Shown in pieces: positions 25,910 through 32,000 of a DNA stretch of 32,000 nucleotides. Source of the stretch: Acaryochloris marina S15 (GTDB taxonomy: Bacteria; Cyanobacteriota; Cyanobacteriia; Thermosynechococcales; Thermosynechococcaceae); the NCBI RefSeq assembly GCF_018336915.1, contig NZ_CP064923.1, forward strand, positions 2,940,001 to 2,972,000, in the 5' to 3' direction. Under the pieces are notes generated by a model. That model saw only the letters and a list, made by a program, of their open reading frames with translations. It had not been told where the DNA came from and searched no databases. Every line of letters starts with the position of its first letter. Position 1 is the first letter of the stretch. The position numbers and the translations under genes are program-made.

Positions 25910-26977
25910 ATGCAATTTAGTCTGCCAGACTCCCAACGCTTTCCCAATCGTCTGACCCTGATCGCACCTTTCTTCCTATGGGGAACGGCGATGGTTGCAA
26001 TGAAGGGAGTTTTAGCCCACACCACTCCCCTTTTTATGGGTGGCTTGCGCATTGCACCCGCAGGGCTGCTGGTCATCGGAGTAGCCCTGCTACTGGGTAA
26101 AGCTCAACCCAAGGGATGGCGGGCTTGGCTATGGATATCGCTTTTTGCCCTAGTCGATGTCACCTTATTCCAAGGTTTTCTGGCATTAGGACTATCCCAT
26201 ACCTCTGCGGGGCTTGGATCTGTGATGATCGATTCACAACCCCTCGTGGTGGCCTTGCTGGCACTGATCCTCTACGGGGAGCGAATTGGGCTTTGGGGAT
26301 GGATAGGATTAGGCATTGGTGTGGGCGGGATTAGCTGTATTGGGTTGCCGGACGAATGGATTTTGCAGTTGGGGTCTGGGGAATGGCTGCAACAGGACTG
26401 GCAGCAGTTTCTAAGTTGGCCATACCTCAATCAACTCACCCAAAGTGGAGAGTTTCTGATGCTGCTCGCGGCGTTATCCATGGCAGTGGGTACTGTGATG
26501 ATCCGTCAAGTTTGCCGCTATGCCGACCCCATCAGTGCAACCGGTTGGCATATGGTCATTGGGGGGCTTCCCCTGTTTTTAGGATCTGGACTCTGGGAAT
26601 CTGAGCAATGGGTCCATCTAACCCATATGGATTGGCTATCCATTAGCTATGCTGCTGTTTTTGGCAGTGCGATTGCCTATGGCCTCTTTTTCTACTTTGC
26701 GTCCAAAGGCAACTTAACTAGCCTCAGTTCCCTAACATTTTTGACGCCAGTCTTTGCCCTGATCTTTGGCAACCTGTTTTTGTCAGAAGTCCTCAGCCCA
26801 GTCCAAACCTTTGGCGTCTGCCTCACTCTCGTCAGTATTTATTTTGTTAACCAAAGAGAGCAGCTACCCACCCTGGGAGAGCTTTTGTCATCTCTAGAAC
26901 TTCGGGTGTTGGGCACCAAAAAATCTAAGGTTGCTGAGATTACAGTTCGAGTAGATGCCAAAACTACCGCTAAATAA
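25910..26977 (+). CDS. EamA/DMT-superfamily transporter
   Basis: About 10 predicted TM helices in two EamA-like halves. Start placed at the in-frame ATG 25910 (MQFSLPDSQRF...) rather than the alternative start at 25829. Confidence 0.75.
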   Translation: MQFSLPDSQRFPNRLTLIAPFFLWGTAMVAMKGVLAHTTPLFMGGLRIAPAGLLVIGVALLLGKAQPKGWRAWLWISLFALVDVTLFQGFLALGLSHTSAGLGSVMIDSQPLVVALLALILYGERIGLWGWIGLGIGVGGISCIGLPDEWILQLGSGEWLQQDWQQFLSWPYLNQLTQSGEFLMLLAALSMAVGTVMIRQVCRYADPISATGWHMVIGGLPLFLGSGLWESEQWVHLTHMDWLSISYAAVFGSAIAYGLFFYFASKGNLTSLSSLTFLTPVFALIFGNLFLSEVLSPVQTFGVCLTLVSIYFVNQREQLPTLGELLSSLELRVLGTKKSKVAEITVRVDAKTTAK

Positions 26978-26991
26978 CAGGAATTCACCTT

Positions 26992-28248
26992 CTATTCACC
27001 GGGACTAGGATTTGGCAGGGCACTATTCAACAGCACCCCCATCAAGCTGGAAAGCCCAATGCCTTCCAAGGAAAACTGGCCGATTGCTAGGCTCATATTC
27101 CCAGCCCCCAGCACTAGAATCACCCCCACAATAATCATGTTTCGCGACTGCAGCAGGTTACTACCAGACTGCACCAAGCTGTTGATTCCCACTACGACAA
27201 TGGTGCCGAACAGCACGACCAACACCCCTCCCATTACGGGTGGGGGAATGGTCCTCAACAAAGCGCCTAATTTACCGGAGAAGGACAGCATAACGGCAAT
27301 GAGGGCTGCCCAAGTCATAATGCCAGGGTTAAAGGCGCGGGTCAGAGCGACTGCACCGGTTACTTCTGAGTAGGTGGTATTGGGAGGGCCCCCCAACATC
27401 GCTGCGATGGAGGTGGCTACACCATCCCCCAATAAGGTGCGGTGTAATCCTGGGTCACGCAGTAAAGGGTCGCCGGTGACTGAGCTAATCACGAGAATAT
27501 CGCCAATATGTTCGATGGCCGGGGCAATGGCAACGGGGATGAAGAATGCGATCGCAGGCCAATGCAGAGTCGGTGAGGTAAAGTGAGGCAACATAAACCA
27601 AGGAGCCGCCAAAACCGGGGCGAAATCAACAATTCCTAACAGCAGAGCACCGACATATCCCACACTAATCCCCATCAAAATCGGCACCAATTGAAACGTT
27701 CCTCGGGCCAACAGAGCCGCTACAATCGTTGTAAATAATGCCAAAGCAGCCAGGAACTGTGCCGTTCCCACACCATAATTAGAGCCTGCCTCGGACGCCA
27801 TTTGAATGGCAATGGGTGCCAAAGAAAGGCCAATCACCATGATCACAGGCCCTGTCACGATGGGTGGTAGCACTTTTAAGATCGGGTCTGGGCCCCGCCA
27901 CAAAACCAACAAGCTCAAAAGCATGTACAACAATCCAGCCGCTGCCAAACCCGACATCGTTGCAGCCAAGCCAAACTGCTGAATACCAGCTGTAATCGGC
28001 GCAATAAAGGCAAAGGAAGAGGCCAAAAAAGCAGGGACCTTCCCTTTGGTAATCAGTTGAAAGACCAGGGTTCCTATACCCGCCGTAAATAAAGCCACAT
28101 TGGGATCTAAGCCTGCCAGGATGGGGACTAAGACCAACGCCCCAAAGGCAATAAACAGCATTTGCGCGCCCAGGAGCATATCCTGGAGACGAAAGGAGTA
28201 GGAAGAGGATGAATCGACCGGCTGAGGAAGGCTGGGGTTCATAAACAA
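26992..28248 (-). CDS. NCS2-family nucleobase (uracil/xanthine) permease
   Basis: 418 aa, polytopic. LFIAFGALVLVPIL and the KGKVPAFLASSFAFIAPI region resemble UraA/PyrP-type permeases. Confidence 0.8.
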   Translation of the reverse strand: MFMNPSLPQPVDSSSSYSFRLQDMLLGAQMLFIAFGALVLVPILAGLDPNVALFTAGIGTLVFQLITKGKVPAFLASSFAFIAPITAGIQQFGLAATMSGLAAAGLLYMLLSLLVLWRGPDPILKVLPPIVTGPVIMVIGLSLAPIAIQMASEAGSNYGVGTAQFLAALALFTTIVAALLARGTFQLVPILMGISVGYVGALLLGIVDFAPVLAAPWFMLPHFTSPTLHWPAIAFFIPVAIAPAIEHIGDILVISSVTGDPLLRDPGLHRTLLGDGVATSIAAMLGGPPNTTYSEVTGAVALTRAFNPGIMTWAALIAVMLSFSGKLGALLRTIPPPVMGGVLVVLFGTIVVVGINSLVQSGSNLLQSRNMIIVGVILVLGAGNMSLAIGQFSLEGIGLSSLMGVLLNSALPNPSPGE

Positions 28249-28344
28249 ACAGTACCGGTTCCGAAATTTCTGTCTTCCCAGTATCAGTCAGCCTTTAAGG
28301 GGATCAAGATAGCGCTAGGGTTTTCTTCATACTTGGCTTAAGCT

Positions 28345-29445
28345 TTAATCCTGGCCCATCTTGGCAATCCCCTGCACCTGATAATGAATAGCTAACCATT
28401 GCCGATAGATTTGCTGTAACTGGCGAGTTTGATAGACCAGCCCTTGTATATCCACCTCAAACAGATCCAAATCATTGACGAGGGACACATACTGAACCTG
28501 CAACGGTATCAATGCCGTTTCGATCTGTTCTTCAATCTGGATCTGAGGAAGAGAGGGATTGAGTGTTGATGATTTCACGCTATTGAGGTCGAAACGCAAA
28601 CTTGCCGTCTGCTCTTGCAGCTGATGGAGAGAATATTGCAACCTCTGTTGATCCTTTTGAAAAGGGAGCAATCGTTCAGAAAAATCTGTTTGCATGCCTA
28701 CCAACTGATGGTTCAACGTTGCCATTTGCTCGTGCAGGTTCCTTAAGGGGTCTCCCTGAGAAGCTGAAATATCAGGAGACATCGGTTGTTTCACGGAGAA
28801 AGTGAGAGTCTCTAGCTGAGTTTGCATAGACTGCACCTGCTCCGACCAAGTTTGAACCAGTTCGGCTATTTGAGTTCTATCGATCGAGAGTGGAGCATTT
28901 TGGTAATGATGAAGGGTTGCCTTCAATGCTGCCAGAGAAGGCCGCTCAACCCTTGGGGTGGAAATTTCCTGTAAGTCCTGCATGAGGGAGGTTAGAGACT
29001 TTCTGCAATCCTGCCCTTGCTCTTTTAAAATCTCAATCTGTTCCACCCACTCCGGTCGTGTTTGAGCACCATCCCCCTTTTGGGTCTCCAGACGCTTAAG
29101 TTCACCGGATAAGTCAGCAAGGTACTGACGAATTTGAGTTACCTCAGACTCCCTGCCATCTCGTTGATGCCCAGACACATTAGCCTGAATCGCCTGCAGG
29201 TCTTGGTGTAAGAAGACTCGAATCTTATTCAGTCTTAATCCCGCATAGTAGTCAGTGAGTCGATCCATCTGACGCCGATTATGCAAATTGAGAACAACGG
29301 CACAACTAAGGGGGGCTGCAGCCAACACCATGTTATGAGTGACAAGGGTCGCAATCCCTCCAGCCATGACCATCAATGCCGAGAAAAACTCTAGGCCCTT
29401 CAGTCTGGTACTTTGCGCTTTTGCTCGCTGGGATAGGCCCGTCAT
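28345..29445 (-). CDS. Hypothetical membrane-anchored coiled-coil protein (Q/L-rich)
   Basis: Two N-terminal hydrophobic segments (FFSALMVMAGGIATLV, VLAAAPLSCAVVLNL) followed by about 300 aa of heptad-like Q/L/E-rich sequence. No recognisable enzymatic motif. Confidence 0.5.
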   Translation of the reverse strand: MTGLSQRAKAQSTRLKGLEFFSALMVMAGGIATLVTHNMVLAAAPLSCAVVLNLHNRRQMDRLTDYYAGLRLNKIRVFLHQDLQAIQANVSGHQRDGRESEVTQIRQYLADLSGELKRLETQKGDGAQTRPEWVEQIEILKEQGQDCRKSLTSLMQDLQEISTPRVERPSLAALKATLHHYQNAPLSIDRTQIAELVQTWSEQVQSMQTQLETLTFSVKQPMSPDISASQGDPLRNLHEQMATLNHQLVGMQTDFSERLLPFQKDQQRLQYSLHQLQEQTASLRFDLNSVKSSTLNPSLPQIQIEEQIETALIPLQVQYVSLVNDLDLFEVDIQGLVYQTRQLQQIYRQWLAIHYQVQGIAKMGQD

Positions 29446-29590
29446 GGCTGTTCGTCTTACATGCCTTGGACATCAAAGTTCAGGATTATCGCTATACCTT
29501 GCCCCTCTCTCGCTCTTATTCCTATTCTCCCTTTGGGGAAGCCAGACTGGAAAAAGTCTTTATAGGAATTTAATTCTGAACAACAAAAGG

Positions 29591-31831
29591 CTACGAAGAT
29601 GGCGCTGAAACGGATAGGTTAGGGTCTATGGGCTGTTGCTGAACTCGCCATTGGGGTCCGGCTTGCAGGTGCTCTTCCAGCTTCTGCTGACACATGGGTG
29701 GAGAAAACCAATATCCTTGTCCTCGTTCGCAGCCCAGTTTCTTTAAGTGTAGAGCCTCGTCTTCTGTTTCAATGCCTTCGGCAATCACATCCATATTTAA
29801 GGTGCGAGCCAGGGAAATGATAGTATTCACAATCTCAGCATCTTTCGGTTCAGAGATCATTCGACTCACAAAGGATTGATCAATTTTGAGGGTATCTAGG
29901 GGGAATCGATAGAGGTAGCTCAGGGACGAATAGCCTGTACCAAAATCATCCAGACTGATGGTGATGTTGCGATCGCGCAATTGCTGCAAGGTTTTAATAT
30001 GCTTCTCTTCATGGGACATCAGCATACTTTCTGTAAGTTCGAGCTTTAGATATTGTCCGTCTAACTCTGACTGAGATAAAACCTGATCAACAATTTGGAT
30101 AAAGTTGGGATCTTGTAGTTGTTCGCTGGATAAATTAACGCTAAATTTCAACTCCGTTGCAGAGGCAAACTTTTGTTGGTAAGCCCGCAGGGTCTGGCAA
30201 GCTTCCTGGAGAACCCATTGACCAATCTCCACGATCAACCCCGTCTCTTCTGCCAAGGGGATGAAATCCGATGGCATCACTAACCCCCGCTCAGGATGTT
30301 GCCACCTGACTAATACCTCAACATCGCTGAGGTCTCCCGTCGTCAGGTCAATAATCGGTTGATAATACAGCACCAATTCTTGCCGATCGACCGCAGAGCG
30401 TAGATCTCGCTCCAGTTTGAGCAGGCTCAGGGTCTGGGCATGCATTTCCGGGCTAAACACCACAAAGCAGCCTTTACCTAAGGATTTAGCGCGATACATG
30501 GCAATATCTGCATCCCGCAAGAGTAAAGTTGCATCGTCATACTGCACGGAGTTGTAGGCGATACCGATGCTGGACCCGGTAAAGACACTATGATCTCCCA
30601 CCTGAAATGGTGTTTTTAAGGTTTCTAGAATACGTTCTGCCACATGAATCGCATCATCAATGCCCTGAATGCCATCCAGGAGAATGGTAAATTCGTCTCC
30701 CCCTAAGCGAGCCACGGTATCAGAGGTGCGCAAGCAGTTTTCTAACAGATGTGCGATCGCAACCAGTAATTGGTCACCGACAAGATGTCCCAAACTATCG
30801 TTGATAATCTTAAATCGGTCCAGATCGATAAACAGCAATGCAAACTGATAATCGGGAATGCGATGTTGGCGCTTTAAGGACTGAGAGATCCGCTCCATCA
30901 TCAAATTACGGTTCGGCAGCCCCGTTAACTCATCATGAAAGGCATCATGGAGCAATTGAGCCTGAGCCCGTTTTTGCTCCGTAATATCGTAAATAATTCC
31001 ATCTAGGCGGCTGGGGCGTCCTTGATCATCCGTAATCACATGGCCCCGGTTTTTCAGCCACCTGATTTCTCCATCGGGCCGCAAAATTCGGTATTCAATG
31101 TTCAGAGAACCGGCTGCTAGCAATTGATCAAAGAAATGGACCATTTGATGGCGATCTGCAGGATGGATCACATCAAGCCATAAATCAGGACTACTGAGAA
31201 ACGACGATACAGGATAGCCATGAACCGCCTCTGCCGCCGGATTCAAATACAACAACTGAAACTCTTCAACTGCTGCTGACCACACCACATCATCTAATGA
31301 ATTGAGAATGCTTTCTAACCGGATTTCGCTCTCCTGCAATTTCTGCTGTACGAGCTGACGCTCATCAATTTCTCCTTTTAATTGAGAATTCACAGCTCGG
31401 AGAGTTCTATTCTGCTCAATTAACTGCTCATCTTGCAGATGGCTCTTTAATGCCGCCTTTACCGTTAGTTTTAAGTCAGTTTCGTCCCAGGGTTTAGCGA
31501 TGTAACGATATAAATTAGCAGAATTAACGGCATGAATCACAGCATCTAGATTAGCCTCACCCGTCAACAGAATTTTTCGGGTTTTCGGATATTGAATCTG
31601 TAAATAGCTGAGGAGAGAATCCCCCCCCATATCCGGCAAATTTTGGTCACAAATGACCAAGGGAATTGCAATTTGGTCTACCTCTAATTCAGAAAATAGC
31701 TCTAGGGCCTCTCCGCCACTTTCTGCCACCTCAATGTCGTAGGTATCGTCGATGATTCGCTGCAATTGATCTCGAAGACTATTCAGAATCAATCGGTCAT
31801 CATCAATGCAAATGATCGTGCCTTTGCTCAC
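29591..31831 (-). CDS. Response regulator with REC-PAS-GGDEF-EAL architecture (c-di-GMP turnover)
   Basis: REC (IICIDDD...LLTG...KPW), a PAS region, RLGGDEFTILL (GGDEF), then an EAL domain (LELTES, DDFGTGYSSLSYL, EGIETEDE). Confidence 0.9.
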   Translation of the reverse strand: MSKGTIICIDDDRLILNSLRDQLQRIIDDTYDIEVAESGGEALELFSELEVDQIAIPLVICDQNLPDMGGDSLLSYLQIQYPKTRKILLTGEANLDAVIHAVNSANLYRYIAKPWDETDLKLTVKAALKSHLQDEQLIEQNRTLRAVNSQLKGEIDERQLVQQKLQESEIRLESILNSLDDVVWSAAVEEFQLLYLNPAAEAVHGYPVSSFLSSPDLWLDVIHPADRHQMVHFFDQLLAAGSLNIEYRILRPDGEIRWLKNRGHVITDDQGRPSRLDGIIYDITEQKRAQAQLLHDAFHDELTGLPNRNLMMERISQSLKRQHRIPDYQFALLFIDLDRFKIINDSLGHLVGDQLLVAIAHLLENCLRTSDTVARLGGDEFTILLDGIQGIDDAIHVAERILETLKTPFQVGDHSVFTGSSIGIAYNSVQYDDATLLLRDADIAMYRAKSLGKGCFVVFSPEMHAQTLSLLKLERDLRSAVDRQELVLYYQPIIDLTTGDLSDVEVLVRWQHPERGLVMPSDFIPLAEETGLIVEIGQWVLQEACQTLRAYQQKFASATELKFSVNLSSEQLQDPNFIQIVDQVLSQSELDGQYLKLELTESMLMSHEEKHIKTLQQLRDRNITISLDDFGTGYSSLSYLYRFPLDTLKIDQSFVSRMISEPKDAEIVNTIISLARTLNMDVIAEGIETEDEALHLKKLGCERGQGYWFSPPMCQQKLEEHLQAGPQWRVQQQPIDPNLSVSAPSS

Positions 31832-31924
31832 CGTTGCTCCACCATCGTCGCTGCTGTCACTTTGGGCACATTCCGTTCAAATACAATGAGGATTAACCTA
31901 AAAATAAAGCGAATTCTCAACTCA

Positions 31925-32000
31925 TTAGCTCACTTCAAGCGGTAACCAAACCTCAAACCTAGTATGCCCTGGCTGGCTTTGACATTCGACCTTTCCTTGG
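31925..32000 (-). CDS. C-terminal end of a sensor histidine kinase (partial, continues past window end)
   Basis: The reverse strand reads ...QGKVECQSQPGHTRFEVWLPLEVS-stop, the typical HATPase_c C-terminus (G-x-G-T-x-F-x-h-x-LP). The stop is at 31925-31927. Confidence 0.55.
   Translation of the reverse strand, partial: QGKVECQSQPGHTRFEVWLPLEVS

Noticed and set aside
27059-27586. ORFs 27059-27373 and 27374-27586 (+) inside the permease gene
   Set aside because: They are antisense to a 418-aa polytopic permease with clear NCS2 character.

Overview
The window is probably cyanobacterial. The HIP1 octamer GCGATCGC occurs 10 times between 17.5 and 30.8 kb, and I spotted none in the first 17 kb. 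The window splits into two very different parts.

(1) Positions 1-15994 form one spacer-less, near-perfect palindrome with its axis between 7997 and 7998. Each arm is a stack of nested insertion sequences: an IS66-family transposase fragment is cut by an IS21-family element (istA/istB). That istA is cut by an IS4-family element (B), which is cut by an IS630-family element, which is cut by another IS4-family element (C). A third IS4-family element (A) and a truncated ISAs1-family transposase lie at the outer end. The arms differ only by two 1-nt homopolymer indels. Almost every broken transposase frame in this block breaks at a homopolymer. This points to a fold-back or unpolished long-read assembly artefact, with a hairpin telomere or a true inverted duplication as alternatives.

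(2) Positions 17.1-23.5 kb hold the most interesting locus. An NrtR-type Nudix/winged-helix regulator is divergently transcribed from a PP2C phosphatase, an ADP-ribosylglycohydrolase, a Ser/Thr-kinase-like protein with a large uncharacterised C-terminus, an unusually long nicotinamidase-like cysteine hydrolase and a vWA (MIDAS) protein. This is a TerY-P-like phosphorylation triad (vWA + PP2C + kinase) interleaved with NAD/ADP-ribose-processing enzymes. A sigma70-like promoter is overlapped by a 17-bp perfect inverted repeat.

The remainder (23.5-32 kb) looks like ordinary chromosome: a CBS-pair protein, AroH chorismate mutase, SppA, an EamA transporter, an NCS2 permease, a coiled-coil membrane protein, a REC-PAS-GGDEF-EAL regulator and the tail of a histidine kinase.
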